DNA of 64,000 bases from Octopus sinensis. Its lineage: Eukaryota. The notes below the pieces were generated by a model. The model did no database searches. It had not been told where the DNA came from and was given only the letters and a program-made list of their open reading frames with translations. Where the stretch lies: assembly GCF_006345805.1 (NCBI RefSeq), contig NC_043001.1, forward strand, positions 9,858,001 to 9,922,000, given 5' to 3'. The position numbers and the translations under genes were made by a program. Of this stretch, positions 49,041-62,476 are shown one piece after another. Within the stretch, counting starts at the first letter, position 1; every line of letters begins with the position of its first letter.

Positions 49041-50254
49041 GTAAAAAAATAAAAGAAAGACCTTTCTCTTTTCCCAGTACATAAAATCTATACAACTAAG
49101 ATTTATTCTTTTTTGCTTTTGTAACTGTGCAAAATTTACCATTTACAATTGTATTTTTGTGATCATTGAATTATGGTTGAGGAGAGCATAAAAGGTGTGT
49201 AGTAGCAGTAGGAGCAGCAGCAGCAGCTGTAGTTTTTTGCTTTCCTTTTTCGTGATGTAGTCAGGAAAAGAAAAGCAGCATGCAAGAACTGAATGTGAAG
49301 AAATGGTTTCTCCCCACACCCATCATCATTAGTCCTGGTTGTCTAGGAAGTAACCATACTCTATTTTATCGATATTTCTTTGTAAATCCTTCTTAAAGAT
49401 AGTAAGGTTTGATCTGAGGGCACTTGATAGCTATTTCTAACAGGTTGAATAACCATCTAGAGGCCCTCTTGTTGGTTCATGTCACGAGAAGTTTTCTTCA
49501 TCCAGACCATTTGGGATAAATTCTTGCAACAGGGGTGAATCTCTCCAAGGCATTCAAGACCCAACAGGAAGTGGCGCTATGGCTACTTTTTGGCTCTGAA
49601 CCAGCCATAGGTAAAATAAATAAATAAATAATTAGAATTTGTAAAGAAAGGAAGAAAGGAAAAAAGCACCTATGTGTGAATTGCATTCAATTAGAATCCT
49701 CAAAATAACTGCAAAAATCAAGGTTTCATCATGACAATGCTTCTCTCGGTCTCCCATCCTCAATATAGCAAACATTGAGTGACCTCGTCAGGGGCCAGAA
49801 TATACTTCATCCCCCAACAACTACTAACCTTTTAGGGAAACCCGAGTGAGATCCACAATAATATACTGGTCTCGCATTTAAAACGGTTTTGAAATTACAC
49901 AATCTAGACTGAAATCTAGAAAAATTCTTACTAATTGACATAAAGTTACTCACCTCCACTCTCCCATCTCAGACCCACAGTTATCCTGTCTTTGCACTCA
50001 CCTTTACTACTGTCACTGATATGGCCTCTAATTCCTGAAGCATTCTAGTCTCATCTTATATTCATGTATGCATTCCTGACTCAACTGTTTCTCTGCCCCA
50101 TAACCACTAAGTTCCCTCAACTTTCTCTAATAGGGCCTCTACTGTCTCCGATGCCCAGTTGGTAAAGTAATTCACCCTAGACTTTACTGTCTCAAGTCAT
50201 AGGGCTCACAGAGCCACTTGTCCAATTCCATGGTATTAGGAAAGGCATCAATGG

Positions 50255-50395
50255 CGTTAGGAAGAGCATCCAGCTGTAGAAACTCTGCCAAATCAAGATT
50301 GGAGCCTGGTGCAGCCATCTGGTTTCGCCAGTCCTCAGTCAAAATCGTCCAACCCATGCTAGCATGGAAAGCAGACGTTAAACGATGATAATGAT
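50255..50395 (+). mobile_element. SINE family C 3' part
   Basis: ggcgttaggaagagcatccagctgtaga..aaacgatgataatgat. Confidence 0.85.
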
Positions 50396-50404
50396 AAGTG
50401 ACCA

Positions 50405-50590
50405 AGCTCAAATCACTCACCTTGAATGGGATGCCAGCCCTTCACAGGGTAACCCAGTTATAGTAGTGTGAACAGGCGCATCGCAAAATGAAGCATTTTG
50501 CTCAAGAACACAACACACGCCTAGTCCAGGAATTGAAACCATGATCTCGTGATTATCGGTGCAACACTCAAATCTTTGCACTAACTACTA
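50405..50590 (-). mobile_element. tRNA-derived SINE fragment, CORE-like (family E/F type)
   Basis: gaagcattttgctcaagaacacaacac..ggaattgaaaccatgatc. Confidence 0.6.
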
Positions 50591-50600
50591 CACCCAGTAA

Positions 50601-50828
50601 TCCTCCCCAAACTCACCCCCACCAGAATTCTTTCTGTTTATCTTTTCTTGCCAATGTTTTTTCCTGTTGCCATCAACTTGCAATTGTCCAAGAGGAACAG
50701 TGATAGACTTCACCAATCTCAAACAAGTTCCTGAACACATCTTCCTCCAGACCAAAGTATTGACAAAAAAAAACAATATTCTGACCATGAAACAGTTTTC
50801 TCTTTTATTCAAACTTAATGTCTCATAA
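50601..50828 (+). pseudogene. Possible LRR-protein N-terminal remnant (hydrophobic leader, LRRNT cap, first LRR)
   Basis: Stop-to-stop frame ..FFLFIFSCQCFFLLPSTCNCPRGTVIDFTNLKQVPEHIFLQTKVLTKKNNILTMKQFSLLFKLNVS* resembles CxC..NLxxVPxxI..TxxL..NxI; no ATG and one cap Cys missing. Confidence 0.3.
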
Positions 50829-51324
50829 ACTGTACAGTGTCTTATTTTTGAAAATGGTCGGATGCGGTTTCAAGTTAGATATTATGGTTGCTTTATATAA
50901 GCATAGCTGTTGTATAACCAATGCACTGAAGTAGATGTTATTTAGACTGATGCCAGGCTTAAACAACATCAGACTTATGATAAAATATGTTCCACTTGTA
51001 ACCATCTTTTTCTCTCTCACTCACTCACTCCCTCTTACTCACTCTCTCTCTCTCTGTCTCTCTTATATAATCTTGTATTTTGTTTTTGTAGACATAGCTT
51101 CCAGGTACAAATAAATAAATGGATAAAAGTACTCAATACCTCAGGGAATGGTGTTTTTATATTTTCTAATAGGTTACTTATTTACGGGATATATTCCGTT
51201 TCAGTTCACAGGAATGGAACATGGTCACAACCGAATCGAAACATAATCTGTAAACAACTAACCCATTAAAGAAATATATACATTTGTATTTTATGTATAC
51301 ATATTTACATATGATAATGTTGTG

Positions 51325-51338
51325 TGAATATATATATA

Positions 51339-51376
<38 letters not shown>

Positions 51377-51433
51377 ATATATATATATATGTGTATATAT
51401 ATATATATGTATATATATGTGTATATATATATA

Positions 51434-51522
<89 letters not shown>

Positions 51523-51629
51523 GATTGTATGTGAATATATGTGTATGATTGTATGTGAATATATATATATATATATATGTGTGTATGATTGTATGTGAAT
51601 ATATATATATATATATGTATGATTGTATG

Positions 51630-51671
<42 letters not shown>

Positions 51672-51700
51672 ATTGTGTATATATATGTATGTATATTTAT
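51325..51700. repeat. Compound (TA)n / (tgattgtatgtgaata)n repeat
   Basis: Direct reading. Confidence 0.9.
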
Positions 51701-52483
51701 GTATGCATATACATGCGCGTGTTTACAAATATATACATTTCTAGTTTTGATAATGTTTTTTTCTAATATTCAAATGTATTTTGATGGAGGAGGGAAAAAA
51801 CATGCATACATGTATGTATGTATGTATGTATGTATGTATGCATGTATGCATGCATGTATGTATGTATGTATGGATGGATGGATGGATGGATGTATGGATG
51901 GATGTATTTATTTATTAATAATTTCCTATCAAGTATTTAGCCATAAGTTTGGGAAAATATGTATTTACTCCCGCCCCAGTCTCAACACCACCACCACCAC
52001 CACCACCACCACCACTACCACCGCCACTGCCACCATCACTTATGATTTTCTTGTTCAGTGGACAAGTTGCATTTCCTGTGGAATAATTAAATGATTTCTC
52101 TCTTGAAATCAATGGTAGGCATTTGCCTGACTACTTAACAAATCATTGGATTATTTCGTTTTAGCTATAGTTTTAATGGGAATAAGGTACTACCATCTTC
52201 AAATTCTGACAATAATCTTCTTAAGCAGTATAAAGTCTGAATGTTGTATTATAATTATTATTATTATCAATTTCTTTTTTCTTTTTTTTTTTCAAAAAAT
52301 TCTGTTTTTGTTTTTGTTGTTTTTTTTTTTTTGGTTTTCCTTTCATCTGTTTTAAAATTTTTCTCTCTTACTTTAATAACTGAGAGACTAAATAATCCGT
52401 TTGGTTCTTTAACATAGATAAAAAGAACATTTTTGTTTATTTCTAGATCTTGCAGTATGATAAAGCATCCTTTGTGAAAGCTT

Positions 52484-52727
52484 TCTTTCTTTCTTTCCTT
52501 CTTTCTTTCTTTCTTTCCTTCTTTCTTTCTTTCCTTCTTTCTTTCTTTCTTTCTTTCATTCCTTCTTTCCTTTCTTTCTTTTCTTCTTTCTTTCTTTCTT
52601 TCTTTCCTTCCTTCTTCCTTTCTTTCTCTCCTTTCTTCTTTCTTTCTTCCTTCTTTCTTTCTTTCTTTCCTTCTTTCTTTCTGTCTTTCCTTCTTTCTTT
52701 CCTTCTTTCTTTCCTTCTTTCTTTCCT

Positions 52728-52757
<30 letters not shown>
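52484..52757. repeat. (TTTC/TTCC)n microsatellite
   Basis: Direct reading; gives the KERK-repeat ORFs. Confidence 0.95.
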
Positions 52758-52758
<1 letters not shown>

Positions 52759-52829
52759 CACTCACTACTGTTTCTTTGTATCTCTTCCTCTCATACATTT
52801 CTGCCTCTCTTTCCCCTCTCTCATTATTC

Positions 52830-52867
<38 letters not shown>

Positions 52868-53774
52868 ATCTACATTAATCACTCAGTCTCATTTTCTTCC
52901 ATTCATCCTCTCTTGTCTGCTGTCTGTTTCCTTATCTCTTGTCTTTCTTCCCATCATCATCTCTGTTTGTCTCTCATTATCTCTGCCTCTCCCTTCCTCT
53001 CACCATCCCTCTCTCTTACCCCCACCCCTCACTCTCTCCACATTTCCCTATCCTCCCCCTTCCTCTGTACATTAGAGCCAAAGGATTTGACTACCATGTT
53101 ATCCCTAACAACTTTTACCATACACTAAATCTCATGTACTTTTAACAAAACTAACAGAAAGCATTTATTCATTGTGTGATGCCAGTTCCACAGACTATAT
53201 ACATTAGTATATTCTTCACATTAGTATATTCTTCATTACTTTGTGAAGTGTCCATTTTTACAAGACTTCCATGAAACCGAATAACAAAGGCATCATATCT
53301 AGGTTTTAAAAATTATAAATAAAAACCCAGTCTGTTGCTTTGTGTTATTATTTTTTCTCATACTTGACTAGCCAGGTGTTAAAAGATTCGGTAATGCTAT
53401 TTATTGAGTCAGCGCTATATTGACTAATATTATAGGAAATATAGTTCTTTTAGTTATATTGAATTTTTATATTTTTTTGCTTACAAATTTTTGTTTTGAA
53501 AAATTCTAAAAGTAAGTACTTTTGTACTAGTTTTGAAGAACTAAGTGGTTATGAATGTAAAAGTAACCTTGGCTAACATACTCTGCAACAAGAAATATAT
53601 TGGAGTTTATTTTATTTTCATTTTTCTCAATCTTATGTATCATTTCCTCTGAATGAAACAGGAGAAAAAAAGTACTCAATACCATGGAAGTGTGTAACAA
53701 TTTATTTTGTCTTTCACATTTGAGCAACACATGTATATATAATTCAAGAGACTGTTCCTGCTTGCACCATGTAG

Positions 53775-53975
53775 AAAGTACTTGTGTTGGCCCCACATGA
53801 AAAGCACCCAGTACACTTTGTAAAGTGGTTGGCATTAGGAAGGGCATCCAGCCATAAAAAAACCAGGCCAAAACAGACAACTGGATCCTGGTGCAGTCCT
53901 TTGGCTTAGCAGCTCCTGTCAAACCATCCAGCCCATGCCAGAATGGAAAATGGATGTTATTTGAAGATGAGGATC
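53775..53975 (+). mobile_element. SINE family C, diverged
   Basis: aaaagcacccagtacactttgtaaagtggttggcattaggaagggcatcc. Confidence 0.75.
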
Positions 53976-54239
53976 CTGATGAAAATTATCATGATTAAAT
54001 GTTGTCTCAAGTGCTTTTCTTTTCTAGCAGAACCAAATCCTGCTGAAACAGGGTGTCATTAGCATGTATCTGTTTACCATGTTGATAATGATTTCTGATA
54101 TGATCAAACGACATTGAATAGCAATCAATTTGATGTACCTATTGTAACTTGGACCAAACTGCATGATATATATCTCTCAGCTTTTAGGTGGTATGTGTGT
54201 ATTTCAAGCCCCAGAAATTGTCTTGGAGGTAAGTTGTAA

Positions 54240-54400
54240 GAGGAGTGGCTGTGTGGTAAGTAGCTTGCTAACCAACCACATGGTTCCGGGTTCAGTCCCA
54301 CTGCGTGGCATCTTGGGCAAGTGTCTTCTGCTATAGCCCCGGGCCGACCAATGCCTTGTGAGTGGATTTGGTAGACGGAAACTGAAAGAAGTCTGTCGTA

Positions 54401-54433
<33 letters not shown>

Positions 54434-54632
54434 GCGTGTGTTTGTGTGTCTGTGTTTGTCCCCCTAGCATTGCTTGACAACCGATGCTGGTGTGTTTACG
54501 TCCCCGTCACTTAGCGGTTCGGCAAAAAGAGACCGATAGAATAAGTACTGGGCTTACAAAAGAATAAGTCCCTGGGTCGAGTTGCTCCAGCATGGCCGCA
54601 GTCAAAATGACTGAAACAAGTAAAAGAGAGAG
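54240..54632 (+). mobile_element. SINE family A, full length, young subfamily
   Basis: Near-identical to 38963-39395 apart from a small deletion near the tail. Confidence 0.9.
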
Positions 54633-54922
54633 TCCTTTGGGTTTTGAGTAAAAGAAAACACTTACTTACTTATGAGTGTATACTGTGTGTCCCCATGTGT
54701 CTGTATACATATACACTCACATATATTGTAAGTGTATATATGTGTGTTTAAATATATACACACGTGTGTGTGTGCAAGTATATATATACATATGTATATA
54801 GATCTGTGTGCAATCTTCAGTCAGTAAATTTTTTCTGTTTTATTCTTCTGAAACTATTTTCAGATTTTTGTGAAGACAATTTTTATCTCAGTCTTAAATA
54901 AGATAATTCATATATATATATA

Positions 54923-55298
54923 CTAGCAGTATCGCCCGGCGTTGCTCGGGTTTGTAAGGGAAATAACTATATAAGCATTTTTAGAGAGTTATAGCCAAAA
55001 AATAGCAAAAAATGATGGTAAATTTTTTTTTAAATCGTTGACTCATCGTAGACATTTTTAGAGAGTTACTTCCCTTATATAATAGCGAAAAATATGCATC
55101 AAAATGGAAAAAAATGATGGTAAATTATTTTTAAAATCGTAGACTCATTGTAGACACACGCTAATACCCAGAAGGGCTCGATATGAATCACGACTATAAG
55201 ATACCCGCTTTTGGTTACACTGCACCACATAATGTGGGAGTAGTTAGGAATCTAAATTGTAGGAGACAGACACACAACTTCACTTTTATATATAAAGA
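54923..55298 (-). mobile_element. Non-autonomous Helitron, 376 bp
   Basis: On the minus strand: 5' A|TC start, 3' CTAG|T end, GC hairpin CCCGAGCAACGCCGGG about 12 nt from the end, inserted at AT with no TSD. Confidence 0.85.
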
Positions 55299-56606
55299 TA
55301 TATATATATATATATGTGTATATATATGATCTTCGTTGGTTGCATACCACTCTACCCCCTACCGTATCTGATTGGCACCGTTTTAATCTGTCACTTTCTC
55401 ACAACAAGCTGGTTTCTAGAAGGGAACAAAAAGCAACACTTTTTTTTTTTCAATATTTCGTCTCAGATTGCTCGAACAGCTATTAGCTGTTTTTACCTGC
55501 TGCTTCAGACATAACAATTATTTCAGCATCTTTAATCATTGATTGAAATTAGTTCCAAATTTTACACACTTCCATGCACACACAAGTGAAGCAAACACAT
55601 ATACACACATTGTATATATTCTCATTTTCCATCTCCCTCTCTCTCTGTTTGTTTCTCTCTTTCTCATTCTTTCCCTCTCTGTCTGTCTGTCTCTCTCGGT
55701 ATTCTCTTCAAAATTTAAATATCACAGAGAAACAAAATAATAGTCTTATCTTCAGTGTTTCTTAGATATTTTATCTAGTTTGCTTCCAATGTTAGTCAGA
55801 AAATATTCAACCATTGTTTGAAATTCTTAGAACATTTTGGAAGCCAATCATAAAATCATTCATTTCTTCATTCAGTTTAATTTCTATGGAAAAAAAAATA
55901 ACAATAATAATAAAATTCTAATAACTCAAGTTTTTTTTTGAAATGATTGAATTTGTTGTAGAAGATAAAACCATACACATACATACACACACATGTACGT
56001 ACATTCGTACATACGTACGTACGTACGTACATTATGTATGTATGTATGTATGTATATGTGTGTGTGTGTGTGTGTGTATGTATGCATGATATAACTTCAT
56101 TAATTATGTATCAAGTTTTTAATTAAATTTGACGATTTTTGTTTGTTATAATAATGAAGCTTTCCTTGTAATTATGTCTGTCGTGATTACTTGAAATTGT
56201 TCAGATTATCAACCTAATATTTTATTTCAGTGTTTCTTAATCTCCTGTTAATTGGATTTTAAGTATATAGTGCCAGTAACTCCGTTAGACACACATATAT
56301 ATATATATTTACATACCAAAAGAAATGGTAAATAAGGGCAAGGCAAAGGAAGCTGGAATCATTCCAGTTTATTAGAATTAATTCTTCAAGATACATATAT
56401 ATATTGAAAATAAGTTTTTAGTTTTATTTTTTGATTGTTTTACCAGGATGTCTGTCGGAGCATGAGAGGAACGATGGTCTCATGAGAGGTTTTAAACGAT
56501 AATGACATTTTCTGTGAGTGATTCAGTTGGGTACTATTTTAGGGTCCTTGTCACAAAATGTAACAAAAGGCCATATGGGACTGTTTCACCTGACAGGACT
56601 GTTGTC

Positions 56607-56803
56607 TTAACCCTTTTATATTTAAACTACTGATATCTGGTCCCAATATCTGGCTTTTCACACCTACCCTACAATGGCATTCTGAAAATAGACAATCATG
56701 TCGCTAAAATCTTGAATTTACAAGATAATGTCTGATAAATTTAAAACAATGTGAATAAATAAGCCTTACATTTGACGAAGCAATCTGAATGCCAAAGGTT
56801 TAA
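56607..56803. mobile_element. TTAA-flanked MITE, same family as 9346-9574
   Basis: ttaaccctttt ... aaaggtttaa; shares ctcacacc.accctacaat and tacaagataatg with 9346-9574. Confidence 0.7.
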
Positions 56804-58234
56804 GGTTTTTGGATGCGCTTTGGTCCCTGATCTATCTGATAATCAGACTCCATCCACATAGCATCTAAAAAGCAGAATCATTATAAAGGATGAATTGTTT
56901 AGCCTCAACTCATCTCTGATCAAACAGACATTGCCAATCAGCATCCCATTCCTTGTTTTGTTTTTCTTTCTTATTAAGACGCAGAACATCCAAGATTACA
57001 TAATCTCTTCAATCATTTTTTTTAAGACAGTGGTCTATGAACTGAGAGAGTTTATGCTGCTATTTCTTGGAGAGCAAGCTTTAGCATAGAGGTTTCCTTG
57101 TTTGCTCATAGAGACTATGTAGACAGAAACGGTGCTTCAAAAGATTGCATTGTCTTCAAACTGGAAATCTTGTCTGAATATTTACTGATAATTTTAATCT
57201 CCTAATCACATCCAAAGTCTAGACAACTGTCTTTTAAATATGAGTGTCTGAAGCCTCAAAATATAAATGAATTATAGAAGGTTTCATGGCCCCGTACAGT
57301 AGACAGATTATCTTCATAAATTAGATTTAGCTTTGGTCTACATGGAAATCCATTTGGCCATAAAAATTTGCATCTGTTGAACACTTTCTTTGCTCCATCT
57401 TGTTACACAGCTGTGAGATACGACCTATGAGAATGGTAGACTACTGTTGTTAACTGGAAGCATTTGATTATTTTGTGTGAAACTCGGAAGATCATCAATG
57501 TTACCAGACTGATTCCCTGATCAAAAAGCCCCTCCATTGGTTTCGTTGTGCATTCTGCTGCCCATAGGATGAACTCATCAATGATATAGTCGTACCAATG
57601 ACCCTTACTGTGGGGAGATAAAATATTAGGTTGATAATTCTTACAATCTCAAATAAATATAGAAAATCTAATTGCATGGAAAGCATAGTAATTATAACAA
57701 AACAAAAATGATCAAATTTAATTCAAAACCTGATACATGATTAATGAAATAATATAACAATATATAAAATATATAATAGATTTCTATTTTTCATAGAAGT
57801 TAAACTGAATGAAGAAAAGAGTGATTTTATTTCTGGTTTCCAAAATGTTCTTAGAATTTCTGAATAAATTGGAAACAAATGAGACAAACTCTGAAGATAA
57901 TACAATTACTGGTTTTTCTATGGTTCCAGTGAAGGACATAGCTGATAGCATGGATTAGTGCATGATCCTTGTGTATACAGTATCAACTTTTGGGGTCATG
58001 ACTGTTTGGTCATCCTTGTGACAGCTGCTGCAATCACAGGGAGTATCCAGCTAATGTGAATTCAATGGTCGGAACTGGCTCACCTAAACCCAAGTGTCAC
58101 AAGCACTTATTACAAGACTCAGCCCCTTTCTGTCTTGTGGTAGTCATTTGCCTTGTGGCATGACCAGACTTTCATAAACTTGCAGGTTTTACTGTAGCTA
58201 GAGACATGGGTGCCAGCACCAGGTAAAAAGCATT

Positions 58235-58470
58235 TGTACTGGTGCCCCATAAAAACACTTGAGCTGGTGTCATGTAAAGAGCACCCATGCTGTTGCCAAG
58301 AAGGGCATCCAGTCATACAAACCATGCCAAACAGATAGTTGGTGTCTCGTGCCGCTCTCTGGTTTGCAAGCTCTGGTCAAACCATCCAACCCATGCCAGC
58401 ATGGAAAAACAGATGTTAAAATAATGATGATGATGACGATGATGATGGTGATAGTAATGGTGATGGTGAT
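58235..58470 (+). mobile_element. SINE family C, diverged
   Basis: aagaagggcatccag..ccatccaacccatgccagcatggaaaa..(GAT)n. Confidence 0.75.
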
Positions 58471-59221
58471 GGACATCACAAGAATCCTAAGATGTTTCTG
58501 GAATAGTTGTTGAGTATACAAATTTTACCAATAGAATTTAGATTGAAAGTTGGGTGCAATGAGCAGGAAGAGGATTTAGGGAGAAAGGGAGAGATTGGGA
58601 TAGAATTAAAGGGAAAGAATTGCAGGTATCGCAAGCAGAGAAAATATTCAAACTGATTCTATTTACAGAGGTAAATCCCCCTGAGCAAAATAGCTCAGGC
58701 CAAATTGAGAGAAAGATGCAGATTTATATTGTGTTCATAACAATAAGGAAATATTTTCAAAAAGAAATGCGTTTTCATAAATTTCAAAAATACAATAAAA
58801 CTGAAGCAACATGTAATATTTCTATTTTGTTCATGGAATTGTTTAGCAGCACCATTTGATCAATGCTTCTGTAAAGAATTCCTGTGTTAAGTAGAAAGTT
58901 TTCTGCTGAAAAACTCTTCAAAAATGAACAATTTTTCAAATAATCAGATTATATATCTATGGAAGAAGACACTGCGTTATGTTTCATCAAAAATTATGAA
59001 GAAAACAAAAACAAGTATAAATTGGGGCGGATCTGATATGTATGTATGTGTGCAAATTTAGAGACTACCTACCTGAAGGTGCTAATTAACAAAACAGTAA
59101 TTAGTATGCATGTTTATTGAAAATCAATTACATTTTCTCTCAGATTGAATCAATTCTCAGATTCAATTTGCTTCCTCAATGTTACATGTCCTGCCTTTTA
59201 ATCTTATAAAATCGAATGTGG

Positions 59222-59265
59222 GTGTATGCATGCACACATTATATATATATATGTGTGTGTGTATG

Positions 59266-59316
<51 letters not shown>

Positions 59317-59605
59317 GTATATATGTATATGTATGTATATATATATGTATATGTGTATATATATATATGTACATTTGTATATGTATATGTATATATATAT
59401 ACATGTATATGTATATATATGTATATGTGTATATATATGTATGTATATGTGTATGTATATATGTATGTGTGTATATATATGTATATATATATGTATATAT
59501 GTATATGTATATATGTATGTGTGTATATATATGTATATATATATATATATGTATGTGTGTATATATATGTATATTTATATATGTATGTATATATGTATGT
59601 ATGTT
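59222..59605. repeat. Compound (TG)n/(TA)n/(TATG)n microsatellite
   Basis: Direct reading. Confidence 0.95.
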
Positions 59606-59999
59606 GAATGTTTTAGAGAGAATTAAGAAAACCAGTGGGTGTATATGATATATATATAAAACTAGAAAGCTATATTTAAGAGAGAATTAAGAAAATTTGT
59701 GAGTGTATATACTACAAAGATATTATGTGTGTGTGTGAGTGTACATATAAAATATGCTCGAGTGGTGGGTATAGAGAGGTGGTCATATATCTTTTATTCT
59801 ACATTTAATCATTGTAATAAGCTGTTAGTATTCCTGATAGTATGTTACATATCAAAGCATTAAACTGAGGAAACCATTCTTGTGTTCGGTTTTGTTTCGT
59901 TTTGATTGGTCAGAAAATATTTGTTCTTTGAAAGTTCCCATTCTGTATTCTTGGGAGATGTTTGAAGGAAAAGAAAGCATAAGCAGGAAATTTATCTTT

Positions 60000-60140
60000 C
60001 CTATACCTATTTCTTTATTACCCACAAGGGGCTAAACACAGAGAGGACAAACAAGGACAGACAAACGGATTAAGTCGATAACATCGACCCCAGTGCATAA
60101 CTGGTACTTAATTTAACGACCCCGAAAGGATGAAAGGCAA
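60000..60140 (-). mobile_element. SINE family B 3' half
   Basis: tatttctttattacccacaaggggctaaacacagag..gaaaggatgaaaggcaaa. Confidence 0.85.
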
Positions 60141-60319
60141 ATAATTTCGGTTGCTCCATGTAGTTGTCTATTGTTTCAATGGTTCGGGTCATTGGACTGC
60201 AACCATGCTGGAGCACCACCTTTAGGGGTTTTAAATGACTATATTGAATCGCTATACATAATTTTTCATTGAACAAGTTAGTTACTTTCTTGCAGAAAGA
60301 GAGACCCAACTTGATGCAA

Positions 60320-60656
60320 AATTTTATAGGAGCACTCCATCGGTTACAATAACGAGGGTCCCAGCAGATACAATCAATGGAGCAGCTTGCTTGTGAAATT
60401 AACTTGCAAGTGGCTGAGCACTCCACAGATATGTGTACCCTTAACATAGTTCCCAGGGAGATTCAACGTGACACGAAGTGTGACAAGGCTGGCCCTTTGG
60501 AATACAGATACTACTCGTTGTTGCCAGCTGAATGGAGTGGAGCAACATGAAATAAAGTGTCTTGCTCAAGGACACAACACGTCACTGGGAATTGAACTCA
60601 CGACCTTACGATCATGAGCTGAATGCCCTAACCACTAAGCCACGGGCCTTCACGCA
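60320..60656 (-). mobile_element. tRNA-derived SINE, family F (CORE-like), apparently full length
   Basis: Reverse complement gives gtggcttagtggttagg (A box), gagttcaattccc (B box), gtgttgtgtccttgagcaagacactt. Confidence 0.8.
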
Positions 60657-61734
60657 GAGTTTTATACTACAAGAGAAAACAGATATAAGACATACTTAAT
60701 CTTCTGTTCTTGTATGTATTTCCTCTGAGTGCATGTGTGTGTGTATGCATTTGTGTGTGTGTGTGAGTGTGTGTATGCACATATGTAGCTGTGTGGTTCT
60801 GACGTTTGCTTCCCATCCGCATTTTCAGTTTCTTTCTCACAGCTTCACATCTTGGGCAAGTTTCTCCTATCATAGCTCCAGCTTAGCCAAAGCCTTATGA
60901 AGGATTTGATGGGGGAAGAAGAAAAGAAGTCCATTCTGTATGTGCGTGTGCGTGCGTGTGTGTATATATATAATACACACACACACACACATGAATATGA
61001 TACAAAAAGATAAGCCTGTATCTTTGTTTAAATCTAAGATTAATGAATATATATGTAAATACTCTGTGTGTTACTCATCATATGATGGATAACTTTGGAA
61101 CTATACTTTTGCCATTATTGATAGCATCAGGAAATATTCTATATATATATCATAATTAGAATTTAAATTTTATAAAATTTCTTGGTGCTTAATGAAAATA
61201 ATTAAATGAATAGAAATTTGCAAATAATTAAATAAAACAAATTTTTCATTTGTATAACACCTTTTATAGACTATTCTGTTATTTACTTCCTCTCCTTCTG
61301 CTACTGGCTTTGTATGCATACTCTTCCTGCACCTCCTCTGTTAACTCTCTCTCTCTCTCTCTCACTCTTTTTCTTTCTCTCTCCAACATAAAGCATGTCT
61401 GGAGAAATCCACCAACCACTGTTTATCTATCTATCATTATCTATAAAAGAGAGTTTGTATTTGTGTGTGTGTTTGTGTGTGTGTGCACGTGCAAATGTTT
61501 CTTCTGCATTTCAAAACCAAGTTGCCAATTTTCACATAAGAAATATCAAATGATTCAGTAACCTTTGGGCTACCAACTAAACTATATTTTCATTCAAATA
61601 TTTGCATTACAAAATTTTAACATGATCAGTTTTCTTTTATTCACCTATCATAAACAACATTTTATATCACGACCACAACAGCGATGATGTCACATTTTCT
61701 ATATGAGTGTGATCGCATGTTTGTTATCTATTTT

Positions 61735-61960
61735 TTTACTACCCACAAGGGGCTAAACACAGAGGGGACAAACTTGGACAGACAAACGGATTAAGTCGAT
61801 TATATCGACCCCAGTGTGTAACTGGTACTTAATTTAATCGACCCCGAAAGGATGAAAGGCAAAGTCGACCTCGGCGGAATTTGAACTCAGAATGTAGTGG
61901 CAGACGAAATACTACTAAGCATTTCGCCCGGCATGCTAACGTTTCTGCCAGCTCACCACC
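61735..61960 (-). mobile_element. SINE family B, full length
   Basis: Tail to head ..ctgccagctcaccacc. Confidence 0.9.
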
Positions 61961-62287
61961 TGTGATCGCATGTTTGTTACCTACTGACAAGTTGGACAGT
62001 GTATGTGTCTGTCAGTATACATAAATTTTTGTGACAACTGACACACACACACATCTAAAGGCAGAGATAGGCATCCGGTGTGCCTTAATGTCTGTGTGTG
62101 TGTGTGTCTTAATTTATGTACCCACTGTTACTCTACACAGTGAAGGTGCATGACCTAATGGTTAGATCAGGGGCTCTCAACCATTTCTTATGGCCCCAGT
62201 TCATTACTATTTTATTGTGGTTGACCCCCATAATAATTCAATATTCCTATTTTGTTTTTCACACAAATTCCTATTTTTGTTTATGTG

Positions 62288-62476
62288 CCGGTAACACATA
62301 AAAAGCACCCACTACACTCTCAGAGTGGTTGGCGTTAAAAAGGGCATCCTGCTGTGGAAACACTGCCAGATCAGACTGGAGCCTAGTGCAGCCTCCTGGC
62401 TTCCCAGACCCCAGTTGAACCACCCAACCCATGCCAGCATGGAAAACAGACGTTAAACGATGATGATGATGATGAC
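62288..62476 (+). mobile_element. SINE family C
   Basis: aaaaagcacccactacactctcagagtggttggcgtt..gatgatgatgat. Confidence 0.9.

Noticed and set aside
52267-53145. Long KERK / FLSF / SLSL ORFs (also poly-YI, poly-CV and poly-I ORFs elsewhere)
   Set aside because: Direct translations of microsatellites.
61430-61560. tctataaaagagagtttgtatttgtgtg, resembling a Helitron 5' end
   Set aside because: No matching hairpin-CTAG 3' end found nearby.
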